From: Centroscyllium fabricii | Lineage: Eukaryota | NCBI GenBank assembly: GCA_051313645.2 | Contig: JBNRSN020000004.1 | Location: 20,956,001-21,020,000, forward strand | Reading direction: 5' to 3' | Length of the DNA stretch: 64,000 nucleotides | Shown here: piece after piece, positions 10,402-22,394 of the stretch | Numbering within the stretch: position 1 is the stretch's first letter | Layout: each line of letters begins with the position of its first letter | Translations under genes and position numbers: made by a program | The notes under the pieces: model-generated | The model's database searches: none | What the model was told of the DNA's origin: nothing | Seen by the model: only the letters and a program-made list of their open reading frames with translations

Positions 10402-10670
10402 TAATAATAATAATTCAACTTTTATTGTCATTATACAATGTACAAGTACATGAACAACGAAATGTGATCTTGCAAGCTCCCAAGAGTCCAGCAAAGCCGC
10501 TGCGTCTGTGTGCGCCGCCATTCCATCTTTCCAATCATTGCCCCTCCCCGGGGCTCCTTTCGTGACCTTTTGCACCTGGTATTCCCCCATCCAAGTACTA
10601 ACCAGGCCTGGACCCTGCTTAGACTTCCAAGCCTTGCCAGTGACCCTGTCCCTAGTCCCAGGAACAGGGC
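10402..10670 (-). mobile_element. 5S rRNA-derived SINE (SINE3-type) with Rex1-like tail, copy 1
   Basis: Minus strand GGAAGTCTAAGCAGGGTCCAGGCCTGGTTAGTACTTGGATGGG resembles the 5S internal control region; tail AATGACAATAAAAGTTGAATT(ATT)n. Confidence 0.85.
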
Positions 10671-10833
10671 TGCTCTTTACATTAACACACACACACAACC
10701 CACAATAAATGGGGGATTATCTGACCGAAAGCTGGATATAGCAGCGCCCTTACCCAGACGGAGATTAAAGAAAGAAAGACTTGCATTTATATGGTGCCTT
10801 TCAACCACTGAAGTACTTTCTGAAGTGCAGTCA

Positions 10834-11164
10834 AAATTCAAATTCAAATTCAAATAGCTTTATTGGCATGAATGGTATCAACCGTTGTTGCCAAAGCATT
10901 GTAATATACATAAAAATAATACATTAGTAGACGTAATAACAACAGTACTAACAGAATATATACAACCGCATCCGTAATAATATCAATAGATATATAGTTT
11001 AAATGCAGTTTCAAACAGTATAACAGTCAGTGTTGGTCAGTCTCTGCCTGTGTGTGCGTGCATGTGGGTCATTCACTGTCCCTCAGTTTTTGGCATGCTG
11101 TTACGTATTGTGCACCAAGCTGTGCCCTATCTCCCTCGCCAAGGATTATTTTTAGTTTTGCAAT
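10834..11164 (-). mobile_element. Non-LTR element 3' end (CATGCCAATAAAGC-(TTTGAA)n tail, possibly RTE-X) nested in a Deu-SINE fragment
   Basis: TSD AGTCA; the same tail occurs at about 55130-55180 (+) and 58546-58667 (-); clade uncertain. Confidence 0.55.
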
Positions 11165-11369
11165 AGTCACTGTTGCAATGTGGGAAACGATCTGGCTGGC
11201 AATTTACAGTTGTACACTTATAAATCGAGCTGGATGTTTTTTTTTTAAGTTGTTGCACGTTTTCATCTTTTATTGTTTTTTAACCCGTTTGGTAATATAG
11301 CACTGGGGAATCGACCGATTATAAAACAGCTGTAAAATAAAATGCGGCGATTTGGAGAGACGCGACCGC

Positions 11370-11654
11370 TTTAAGAGCGTTGCCCCGCCCTCTCCATGGA
11401 GCTTGTAACTAACAACGCGGAAGTGCTCCAGACTTGCTCAAGTTCCAAGTGCAAAGGTCTTATTGCTGGGAGGGGGGGTTTGGTGGCAAAAAAACACACA
11501 AAAAAAGTTTTTTTTTCCAAGTTGCTTTGATTTTGCTCCGAGGATTGTACTTGTGATTTAACACTGTTGGTGGGCGCTTTGCAGACAGACAGAGCGCCTG
11601 GGAGTCCTGAGCAACTGGCTTTAACTCCACTCCCAACAACCATATTTGGTAAGT
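11370..11654 (+). promoter_or_regulatory. Candidate promoter and non-coding first exon
   Basis: Non-repetitive island with GC box CCCCGCCC (about 11383), ETS-like CGGAAGT (about 11418) and a consensus donor TTG|GTAAGT at 11648/11649. Confidence 0.3.
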
Positions 11655-12072
11655 TTTACAAAGTGTCTTTATCACCCCCCGCCCTCACCCAAGTCTCTTT
11701 CTATCTTTTTGGCCAAAGTACTCTTTGAAGTCATCGAGTCGACTTGCCTTGTCTGTGCACACTTTTGCACTTGAAAAGTAAAAACAAATTAAACTACAAA
11801 CTTTAAAAAAAAACTTTAGTTTGCTTAAATCCCATTCGAACAGTTTATTTAATCTAGTTTATTTAATTTGCAGATCTTGCAATTATATCCAGTGGGGCAA
11901 GAGAGGTTGGGGTTTAACAGTAACTCTTATTTAAAAAAGTAAAACATGATTAATGTATAAATAAATATTAATGCTTTAAGGTAGCGCCTCTATTCGCAAA
12001 CAATTCTCTCCCCCTCCTCCTCCTCTCCTCCTCCTCACTCTGCTAGTCTGGTTGGACATAACAGGGAAATTG

Positions 12073-12289
12073 TGTAATGTTGGAGAGTGAGCTTTCCTGT
12101 CAAAATGAGGGAGCCCACACGGAGGAAAGGTTCACAACAGGTCTTTTACTTCCAAACTCCAAATCAACACTGAACACAAAAGCCCGCCCAAAACCCTGTA
12201 CCTGTAAAGGATACATTCAAAGTTACATTTGTGCCTCTCTCTTAAAGGGAGAACGCCCTGTACCTGTAAAGGAGACATTAACAATTACA
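12073..12289. mobile_element. Probable solo LTR
   Basis: TGTAAT...ATTACA ends, imperfect 4-bp flanks ATTG/TTTG, internal direct repeat CCCTGTACCTGTAAAGGA. Confidence 0.5.
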
Positions 12290-12806
12290 TTTGTGCCGAA
12301 CACCCTGGTTGAATTGCCGGAGGGTGTTCGGAGTCTGTTGGGGAGAATTCTGTACATGAGTATTATATACAGATATCTACAGTGGGATGTGGACCCGCCA
12401 CAGTAACTTACTTCAGATTGGTCCTGTAATTGAATTGATTGTTGTTTTCTTGCCTGTACTACTTACTGGTCCCGCTTCCCCTCTCCCTCTGAGCTGAGAT
12501 TGGTTTCTGTGTGTGTTTAACCAGACTGCTTCTGTACCTGGGCTGCGATGTATGCTGGAGTCGGAATAACCCTCTTATTTTTGGATAAACTTCCATTAGT
12601 CACAACACCGCACAAGTTTAATATCCCCCCCCCCCACCCCCCCCCAAACTGTGTTTCCCAATCGCGTGCCTCTAAACTGGTTCGAGGTCACAACATGGAC
12701 AGCAGCCCCCCTGAGCTAACAGAGACTTGCATTTATATAGCGCCTTTCACCACCACCGACGTCTCCGCGCTTTACAGCCAATGAAGTACTCTTTGGAGTG
12801 TAGTCA

Positions 12807-13190
12807 AGTTCAAGTTTATTTGTCACATGCACTAAAAACAATCTAGACAGTGAAATGCTTTTTTACGATCCGAACGCACCGCGCAACAAAGGACGCTAAG
12901 CTGCCCGACACGCACGGAGCCCGTAGGACGTCAGCCATATTTCGGCGCCATCATCATGGGTCCCGTTCTCGCACTATTCCGGCGCCTCCTGTACTTAAAG
13001 TTCGATGTTCTTCTTCGTTTACTTCGTTCGCTCTGCCACCGTCGCTTCTGGTGTTTCGCGCGCCGACCTCAACGCCGCAGATGTAAAGCTGCAATAGCGG
13101 GAGCGGCGTCCGACGGTCTGGGGCCTGCTTCTCCCGCCATGCCGACTCCCTAGTGGCCGCTCGCAATCGCAGTCTTCGCCCATTACAACA
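12807..13190 (-). mobile_element. GC-rich non-autonomous retroelement with Rex1-like tail
   Basis: Minus tail CATTTCACTG..CATGTGACAAATAAACTTGAACT; TSD TCA inside the Deu-SINE. Confidence 0.55.
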
Positions 13191-13324
13191 TCACTGTTGT
13201 AATGTAGGAAACACGGCAGCTAATTTGTGCACAGCAAGCTCCCACACACAACTATGTGATAATGACCAGATAATTTGTTTTAGTGATGTTGATTGAGGGA
13301 TAAATATTGGCCAGGACAAATTTA

Positions 13325-14212
13325 CCCTCTTTACCCACGACTGTGTGGCTGTTCACAGCTCCAACAAGATCATCAAGTTTGCGGACGACACCACGGTGGT
13401 TGGCCAGATCACCAACAACGATGAGTCAGCCTACAGGGATGAGATTCAATGCCTTGTGGGATGGTGTGCCGACAACAACCTGGCACTAAACACCAAGAAA
13501 ACCAAGGAGATCATAGTGGACTTCCGGAAGACTAAAGGCGGAAGACACCCCCCCATCTTCATCCAAGGGGCTGAGGTGGAAAGGGTGTCCAGCTTCAAGT
13601 TCCTCGGGGTCCACATTTCTGAAGACCTCTGCTGGTCACTAAACACCTCCTCCCTGATAAAGAAGGCCCAACAGCGCCTTTACTTCCTAAGGAAGCTGAA
13701 AAAGGCCAAGCTGACATCCGGCATCCTCACCAACTTCTACTGCTGCACAATCGAAAACATACTGACAAGCTGCATCACAGTCTGGTATGGAAACTGCACC
13801 ATCTCGGACCGAAAGGCCCTGCAGCGGGTAGTCAAAACTGCCCAACGAATCACCGGCACCCAGCTACCATCAATTGAATGCACCTACCTGAAACGCTGCC
13901 TACGGAGGTCTCAGAACATTATTAAAGACCCCACACACCCCAGGCATAGTCTGTTCGCCCCCTACCCTGCCCTCCGGGAGACGCTACAGATCAATTCGCA
14001 CCCGCACGACCAGATTCAAGAACAGCTTTTTCCCCAGGGCTGTCAGTCTCCTGAACTCTAACAAAAAACTCCAGTATCTACACACCTGAAATGTACTTTA
14101 TTGTATGCAACCCATGTAACTTATTTGCACTACTCTCAGGAGTGGCGAGTCTACGTTTCATTGTAGTGTACTAGTACACTACAATGACAATAAAATTGAA
14201 TTGAATTGAATT
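13325..14212 (+). mobile_element. Rex1/Babar LINE 3' fragment
   Basis: ORF 13345-14061 'IIKFADDTTVVG..KTKEIIVDFRK..FKFLGVHIS..QRLYFLRKL'; tail ACAATAAAATTGAATTGAATTG. Confidence 0.9.
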
Positions 14213-14949
14213 ATAGATTCATAGTTATACAGCACAGAAAGAGGCCCTTCAGCCCATCATGTCCGCGCCAGCCATCAAGCCCTTTCTATTCTAATCCCAT
14301 TTTCCAGCACTTGGTCCGTAGCCTTGTACGCTACGGCGTTTCATTTGGTTGCTGGATTGGAGAACTCCCCTGCTCCTCTTTGCAATAGTGGCCGTGGGAT
14401 CTTTTACACCCACCTGAGAGCAGACGGGGGCTCGGTTTAGTGTCTCATCCGAAAGGCGGCACCTCTGACAGTGCAGCACTCCCTCAAGACCACACCGGAG
14501 TGTCGGCCTGGATTTTTGTGCTCCAGTCTCTGGAGTGGGACTTGCTCTGACTCTGAGGCGAGAATGCTCCCCACTGAGCCAGCAGGAGAGAGGAGGAAGA
14601 GGAATAACAGCCATTGTTCCTATTCCTGATCACTCGTCAGCGTATCCCTTCAGTTCGATCAGCACAGATCGGAGTCTGACTCTGGGACCTTCCTGCTCCC
14701 AACGTCCCAGTGTTACACCAGACGGTGCACTCACTCGCTGAGACTTAAATGGCGATTAATGGGGCAATGTTAACCCAACCTGCCCATTGGGAAACGGACC
14801 GGATCGTGTGCGATGCTGGTTTCACACCCCGCCCAATGTTACTCTCCATTGGGATTCTCCCCCCACCCCCCCCCCCCCCCCCAGGGGTAGGTTCCCAAGA
14901 GTCTGATTTAATCTAATCTAAATTGGAGGTTTCAGTTAAAGTTTATGCA

Positions 14950-16360
14950 AGAAAGGGGGGAGGGAGAGAAAAAACAGGGAACTAGAGACCAGTTAGCCTG
15001 ATATCAGTTGTCAGGAAAATGCTGGAATCCATTGTTAAGGAAGTGGGATCAGGGCACTTAGAAAATCATAACATGATTAGGCAGTGTCAGCATGGTTTTA
15101 GGAAAGGAAAATCGTGTTTGACAAATTTATTAGAGTTTTTTAAGGATGTAACCAGCAGGGTAGATAAAGGAGAACCAGTAGATGTAGTATATTTAGATTT
15201 CCTAAAGGAATTCAATAAGGTGCCACATAAAAGGCTATTACACAAGATTAGGGCTCATGGGGTTGGGGGTAATATAGTTGTGTGGATAGAGGATTGGTTA
15301 ATGGACAGAAAACAGAGCGTAGGGAAAAACTGATCTTTTTCAGGTTGGCAGGCTGTAACTAGTGGAGTGCTGCACGGATCAGTGTTGGGGCCTCAGCTAT
15401 TTACAATCTATATTAATGACCTAGAGGAAGGGACCAAGTTTGCTGATGATACAAAGCTAGGTGGGACAGTAAGCTGTGAGGAGCACACAGTCTGCAAAAC
15501 GATATAGATAGACTGAGTGAGTGGGCAGTAAGGTGGCAGATGGAGTAAAATGTAGGGAAAATGTGAGGCTATTCACTTTGGTAAGATGAATAGAAAAACA
15601 GAATATTTTTTAAATGGCGAGAAACTTTCAAATGTTGGTGTTCAGAGAGATTTGGGGGTCCTCGTGCAAGAAACACAGAAAGCGAGCATGCAGGTACAGC
15701 AAGCAATGAGGAGGGCAAATGGCACATTGGCCTTGATTGCAAAGGGTTTGGAGTATAAGAGTAAGGAAGTCTTACTGCAATTATACAGGGCCTTGGTGAG
15801 CCCACACCTGGAGTACTGGGCACAGTTTTGGTCTCCTTATCTAAGGAAGGATATACTTGCCTTGGAACCGGTGCAACAAAGGGTCACGAGATTGATTCCT
15901 TGGATGAGAGGGCTGTCCTATGAGAGATTGTGTAGAATGGGCCGATACTCTCTGGAGTTTAGAAGAATGAGAGGTGATCTCATTGAAACATACAAGATTC
16001 TGATGGGAATTGACAGGGTCGATGCTGAGAGGTTGTTTCCCCCTGGCTGGAGTGTCTAGAACTAGAGGGCACAGTCTCCGGATAAGGGGTCGGCCATTTA
16101 AGACGGAGATGAGGAGGAATTTCCTCACTCAGCGGGTTGTGAAGCTTTAGAATTCTCTGCCCCAGAGGGCTGTGCATGCTGAGTCATTGAGTATATTCAA
16201 GGCTGAGATCGATAGATTTTTGGACTCTAGGGGAATCGATTGATATGGGGATCGGGCGGGAAAGTGGAGTTGAGGTCGATGATCAGCCATGATCTTATTG
16301 AATGGCGGAGCGGGCTCGAGTGGCCGAATGGCCGACTCCTGCTCCTATTTCTTAAGTTTA
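14950..16360 (+). mobile_element. CR1 LINE 3' fragment (older subfamily)
   Basis: 'QHGFRKGKSCLTNLLEFF', 'LYRALVSPHLEY'; CR1 3' UTR. Confidence 0.9.
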
Positions 16361-16469
16361 TACTGCTCCAGCTTCAAGATTATAGCCTATGCTATCCTGG
16401 GATTGGATTACCTGATTTTTGAGGTGGTTGTTTGTGGGTCCCTAAGTTGCACTGCCCCCTGTGTGTGTC

Positions 16470-17025
16470 TGTTTAGTTCAGTGGCTGCACTCTCGCCTCT
16501 GAGTCAGATGGTGTGGGCCCACGTAACCTAGGCTGACACTTCAGTGCCAGTAACGAGGGAGCGCCGCGCTGCGCTGTCGGAGGTGCCCTCTTTCGGGTGA
16601 GGCCTTGTCTGCCCTCTCGGGTGGATGTGGAAGATCCCACAGTCCCTATTGGAAGCAGAGCAAGCCCGATATCCTGGCCATCTTTCATCCCGAAACCAAC
16701 ATCGCCGAAAACAGCTGAACTGGCCACTTAATCTCATTCAATAGCAAAATTCTGCGGATGCTGGAAATCTGAAATAACAACAGAAAACGCTGGAAAAACT
16801 CAGCAGGCCAGGCAGCATTGGTGGAGAGAGAAACAGAGTTAACCTTTGAGGTCGAAGACCTTTTGTCAGAACTCTGAACCTCATTGCTGTTTGCAGGATT
16901 TCGATGTGTGCAAATTAACTGCTGCCTTCCCTTACATAACACTTCAAAAGTAGTTCATCGGCTGTAAGGTGCCTTGGGGCATCCTGAGGGTGTACAAGGT
17001 GTTATGTAAATACAAATTCTTGCTT
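16470..17025 (+). mobile_element. Degenerate Deu-SINE with nested Penelope-type terminus (16742-16873, minus)
   Basis: tRNA-like head and Deu core; nested GCGGATGCTGGAAATCTGAAATAA..CAGAGTTAAC repeat. Confidence 0.65.
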
Positions 17026-17129
17026 CTCTGCCACCGAGACTGATCAGCTGACCATTTTATAGTTGTTAATTCACAATCCAGCTATCCTCATGGAGTATAC
17101 GAATGTGTTTTAGTTCCTTTTAATGATAT

Positions 17130-18365
17130 AAAAATTCACCAGGCTGATACCTGGGATGGCAGGAATGACGTATGAGGAGAGATTGGGTCGATTGGGCTGA
17201 TACTCGTTGGAGTTTAGAAGAATGAGAGGGGATCTCATAGATACATAGATACATAGAAAATAGGTGCAGGAGTAGACCATTTGGCCCTTCGAGCCTGCAC
17301 CGCCATTCAACACGTTCATGGCTGAACATGCTACCTCAGTACCCCATTCCTGCTTTCTCGCCATATCCCTTGATCCCCCTAGTTGTAAGTATTACATCTA
17401 AATCCCTTTTGAATATATTTAGCGAACTGGCCTCAACAACTTTCTGCGGTTGAGAATTCCACAGGTTCACCACTCTCTGGGTGAAGAAGTTTCTACTCAT
17501 CTCAGTCCTAAATGGCTTACCCCTTATCCTTAGTCTGTGCCCCCTGGTTCTGGACTGCCCCAACATTGGGAACATTCTGCCCCCATCTAACCTGTCCAAA
17601 CCCGTCAGGATTTTATTCGTTTCTATGAGATCCCCCCTCATTCTTCTGAACTCCAGAGAGTACAAGTTCAGTTGATCCAGTCTTTCTTGATATGTCAGTC
17701 CGGCCATCTCGGGAATCAATCTAGTAAATCAACTAGTAAATCAATCTCATTGAAACTTATAAAATTCGAACAGGGCTGGACAGACTAGATGCAGAAAGGA
17801 TGTTCCCGATGGTTGGGGAGTCCAGAACCAGGGGGCACAGTCTAAGGATAAGGGGTAAGCCATTTAGGATAGAAACATAGAAACATAGAAGGTAGGAGCA
17901 GGAGTAGGCCATTCGGCCCTTCGAGCCTGCTCCGCCATTCCATGAGATCATGGCTGATCATCCAAACCCAGTACCCTGCCCCTACCCTCTCCCCATATCC
18001 CTCGATCCTTATTGAGCCTGCACCGACACATATCCCACCCTATCCCCGTAACCCCACATATTCAATCCCCCTAACACGAAGGGTCAATTTATCCTGGCCA
18101 ATCAACCTAACCCGCACATCTTTGGACTGTGGGAGGAAACCGGAGCACCCGGAGGAAACCCACGCAGACACAGGGAGAATGTGCAAACTCCACACAGATA
18201 GTACCCGAGGCTGGATTTGAACCCGGGTCTCTAGTGCTGTGAGGCAACAGTGCTAACCACTATGCCACCGTGCCGCCCTCAATGAGCCATGATCTCATTG
18301 AATGGCGGAGCAGGCTCGAAGGGCCGAATGGCCGACTCCTGCTCCTATCTTCTATGTTTCTATGT
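17130..18365 (+). mobile_element. CR1 3' fragment containing an antiparallel CR1 (17238-17730) and an antiparallel SINE
   Basis: 'GGGGATCTCAT|' resumes as 'ATCTCATTGAAAC' at about 17744; minus ORF 17336-17719 is CR1-like. Confidence 0.85.
17869..18278 (-). mobile_element. HE1-like V-SINE family A (tRNA head, V domain, CR1 tail)
   Basis: GGCGGCACGGTGGCATAGTGGTTAGCACTG..GGTTCAAATCC..TGTGTGGAGTTTGCACATTCTCCC..TTCCTCCCACAGTCCAAAGA. Confidence 0.9.
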
Positions 18366-19049
18366 CTTGTTGCTGTCGCCAGTGCTGACTGTTTGTTTGT
18401 AATTGTCACTGTTTGGGGAAGGCAGCTGTCTCGGGTTTAGTTTTGCCTCTTTTTGTTCTGGTTTGCTGAGATTACCTCTTTGATTGATTGTTATGAAAAC
18501 CTTTACAAATATAATTGCTGGTGTGACCATTTTCCTCGTGAAATCAGCTTTTCTGTTCCCGTGAATTTCGCTGCCCGTGTGTGTGATCAGAAACAAACGG
18601 TCCCTGTCCTATAACTGATCAGTGTTGGCGAGAAGGGATTGGCAAGCAGAACGTTAGCATCAACGGCAAGTTGAGTTGTGTTCCTGAACCTAAATTGCAT
18701 TGAATGATACAGCACAGAATGAGGCCATTCGGCCCATCGTGCCTGTGCTAGCTCTTTGAAAGAGCGATCCAATTAGTCCCGCTCACTCCAGCTTTTTCCC
18801 CATAACATCATCATTCACAGCACCCAGCGTTAAACCTATTGTGGATCACCTGTATACATACCAGCAGGTCTGAACACACCACCTCTAGTGCCTGTTCATT
18901 CCAGACGGGGCTTGCGATTAAATAGATCATGTTTCACGAAATATACCGGTAGGTTTGCACACACCACCGCCAGTGTCTTAAGTGCGTTCATGTACGGGAA
19001 TTATTTTGAACAGATCTCTTAAAGTGAAGATAAATTCTGCATTGTCAGC

Positions 19050-19225
19050 TGTGGCTCAGTTGGTCGCACACTCGCCTCTGAGTCCGAAGGTTGTGGGTTC
19101 TTGAGCACGTAAATCCAGGCTGCCGCTCCCAGTGCGGTGCTGAGGGAGTGCTGCACTGTCGGAGGTGCCGTCTTTCGGACGAGACGTTAAAACGAGGCCC
19201 CGCCCGCGCTCTCGGGTGGACGTAC
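19050..19225 (+). mobile_element. Deu-SINE 5' fragment
   Basis: GTGGCTCAGTTGGT..GAGGGAGTGCTGCACTGTCGGAGGTGCCGTCTTTCGG. Confidence 0.7.
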
Positions 19226-19814
19226 AGCCAGTACCTTCGACGACAGCTTTGAGTAAAGACCTATTGTTAATCGTTCCTCCTATGTGGACCTCATTTCTTT
19301 ATCGAGAAATCTGCCGATTTCTACAACAGTTTCGTTTTATTTTTTTGCCCCTGTTCTCCTCCCCCTGAAAGCGGGAACTCCTGGGACCATGGCAACCAGC
19401 AGTGACTCACCAAAGTGGCCTGGAGTGACTTTCCCCACTGATTCTTGTCCTATTGCTTCCCATTGGGGAATCACATAGCCTCATCTGTTCGGCATCTTCC
19501 TCCAATGGGATGGTTGAGACTTGTCAGGAGTGGAATCGAGGGTGCCAGCTTGTCCCATCCTGTTCAGGTCACGACCTCTCGGAGCTCCAGCACACTGCAT
19601 CGCCACCTTCATTTAATCCGGGTCGAAAGAGTGACACAACGCTGTGCTAGCAGCATTGCTTCATGCGTTGGGTTAATGGCAACTTTTTTTAAAATAGTGG
19701 GCAAAAGAATTCCACACAAATATGTTCAATGCTGCTCATGTGTCTGCTCGCTCAGGGCCTGGGAACGGAGCTTTGTGTGAGAATCCTACACTTCTAACCA
19801 TAACCAACATCATG

Positions 19815-20990
19815 ATGCATGAAACACAGAAGCTTAATATACAGGTACAGCAGGGCCAATAGAATCTTGGCTTTTATTGCAAGGGGGGTAGAGTATAAAA
19901 ACAGGGAAGTCCTGCTGCAGTTATACAGGGTATTGGTGAGGCCACATGTGGAATACTGTGCACAGTTTTGGTTTCCATATTTGAGAAAGGCTATACAGGT
20001 TGAGAACTGGTAATCTGGCATGGGCGGCACCAGGCCCGTGCCGGGAAAGTGAAAGAACCGGTAGAATGAAGTCGGTCGGTGCGCAGCGCGCACCATTCAA
20101 AATGGCCACGTGCATGAGCACAACATTGGAAGTGGCCGCCTAACGTCCTTGCTGAGTCTCGGCTGCGGTTTGTGCCTCCTGATGACGGCCTGCAGGCTGC
20201 TCCGGGAAACCGCGTGCTTCATGGCGGGCGCTCGGGACTCGCACATTCAAAACGCGGCGCGAGCCGCCGCGCCCTGACGCCACGGAAGGCCCGGCTTGTC
20301 CGCCGGCCGTTTTGAATGATCTGCGCATGTGCTCGCCGTTCGGCGGCGCATGCGCAGATCATTCGCCGAAGCCTCGATCGCGCCTGGCATTTTGCGCATG
20401 CGCAGGGCAGTCGGGGTGATTTATACCGGACCACTGAAGTTGCCGGCGTTTCGGGTAACGGATTAACGGTGCTCAACCTGTACTTGCTCTCGAGGCGGTT
20501 CAGAGAAGGTTCACTCGGTTGATTCCGGAGATGAGGGGTTGACTTATGAGGAAAGGTTGAGTAGGTTGGGCCTCTACTCATTGGAGTTCAGAAGAGTGAG
20601 AGGCGATCTTATCGAAACATATAAGATTGTGAGGGGGCTTGATCAGGTGGATGCGGTGAGGATGTTTCCACTGATGGGCGAGACTAGAACTAGGGGGCAT
20701 AATCTGAGAATAAGGGGCTGCCCTTTCAAAACTGAGATGAAGAGAAATTTCTTCACTCAGAGGGTGGTGAGTCTGTGGAATTTGCTGCCTCAGCGAGCTG
20801 TGGAAGCTGCGACATTAAATAAATTTAAATCGGAAATTGACAGCTTCCTAGCTGATGAGGGAATAAGGGGTTATGGGGAGCGGGCAGGGAAGTGGACGTG
20901 AGTCGAAGTCCGGATCAGCCATAATCCTATTGAATGGCGGAGCAGGCCCGAGGGGCCGTATGGCCGACTCCTGCTCCTACTTATTATGTT
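19815..20990 (+). mobile_element. CR1 3' fragment interrupted by a Tc1/pogo MITE
   Basis: ORFs 19819-20013 and 20539-20901 are contiguous CR1 sequence. Confidence 0.9.
19996..20480. mobile_element. Tigger/pogo-like MITE (485 bp)
   Basis: TIR CAGGTTGAG...CTCAACCTG, TA TSD; excision restores CR1 GGCTATACTTGC. Confidence 0.88.
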
Positions 20991-21989
20991 TTTATCACTA
21001 GAAAAAGATAATCTGGTCACTATCGCCTTGCTGTGCGCAAATTGGCGGCCGCGCTTCCTACGTTGCAACAGTGACTACACTCCAAAAAGCACTTCATTGG
21101 CTGTAAAGTGTTTTGGGACATCCTGAAGTCGTGAAAGGCGCTAATAAAGTCTGTCTTTTATAATGTCTGACGGTTTTGCACAATTGAGGTTCATAGTTTC
21201 TGGCTTCAACGCACCATTTTGGACCAGTCAATCAGTCTTGAGTTCATGTTTCCTTTTATGGAGAGTTGCGAATAGGCCAGAATTGTGCCTGCTATGTAAT
21301 AAGTTTCTATAGACTTACACATTCCTGTTCTGAATTATAAAAAGACTCCCTGTCTCTTGGCCGTTGAATTAGTGAAGAGGGGTGGGGAGTGAAAAATGCC
21401 TTATTTAAAAAGTAGAGGGAGTCTCCTTTCAGCTCTGCGATCAGGATTTGAATCCAGCCATTGCCGCCGGAATGGGCGGGTACTTGCTTTGTCTGCTGGC
21501 TTAAGGGTCTTCTGTGGAGTGAGTTTGGGTTGTCTCAGTCCACGGGCATGAGACCACAGTACAAAAACCCATGCCTAATTTGGCATTTGCTGGCTTGTAA
21601 TCTCGCTCCGAGACGCCACCGAATGGCTGGAGTGGGAAACCAGATGATGTCACGCTGCTGCAGTAGGGGGGGCTATTTTGAGGTCCGGGCTGAGGCAGCA
21701 CATTGTTAAACCGTGAAGGAGTTTAGCTCTGCTCATCTCTGTTCTGTATCTAACCTGGGAGTGCTTGTGCTGACCGCATTGCACTCCCCTGCATTCACGT
21801 CCGTCCACTCGATGAGCAGAAACAATAGATTTAGCAGAGATTAATAACCGCCTGTAAAGTGGTGAAAAGCCCCTCCCAGAGCTGGATTGTGTCTCATTAT
21901 CCAGCAGTCCTCCCTAACTAGATTGCCAGCGCAGTGCTGAAACCACGGATGTGATGATTTGGAGTAGACTCTCCCACGTGATTCAAGTG

Positions 21990-22390
21990 TTTTTTATTCA
22001 TTGATGCGATGTGGGCGTCGCTGGCAGGGTCGGCCTGCATTTAGTGCCCATCCCTAATTGCCCTTGAGAAGATGCTGGTGAGCCACCTTCTTGAACCGCT
22101 GCAGTCCATGTGGTGCAGGTACACCCACAATGTTGTGTAGTGGTTGTTTACAACTGAGTGGCTTGCTGGGCCATTTCAGAGGGCATTAAGAGTCAACCAC
22201 ATTGCTGTGGGTCTGGAGTCACATGTAGGCCAGACCGGGTAAGGACGGCAGATTTCCTTCCCTAAAGGACATTAGTGAACCAGATGGGTTTTTGCAACAA
22301 TCGACAATGGTATCATGGTCGCCATTACTAAGACTAACATTTAATTCCAGAATTAAATTGAATTGAATTTAAATTTCACCAGCTGCCGTG
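21990..22390 (-). mobile_element. tRNA-derived SINE family C (5' part lost), tail shared with the LINE at 50066-50640
   Basis: Near-identical to 59795-60170. Confidence 0.75.
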
Positions 22391-22394
22391 TCAA

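Larger units (their letters stand above)
12722..14582 (-). mobile_element. SacSINE1-like Deu-SINE broken by nested insertions
   Basis: Tail (GACTTGCATTTATATAGCGCC) at 12724, body at 13194-13318, head and Deu part at about 14360-14582. Confidence 0.75.
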
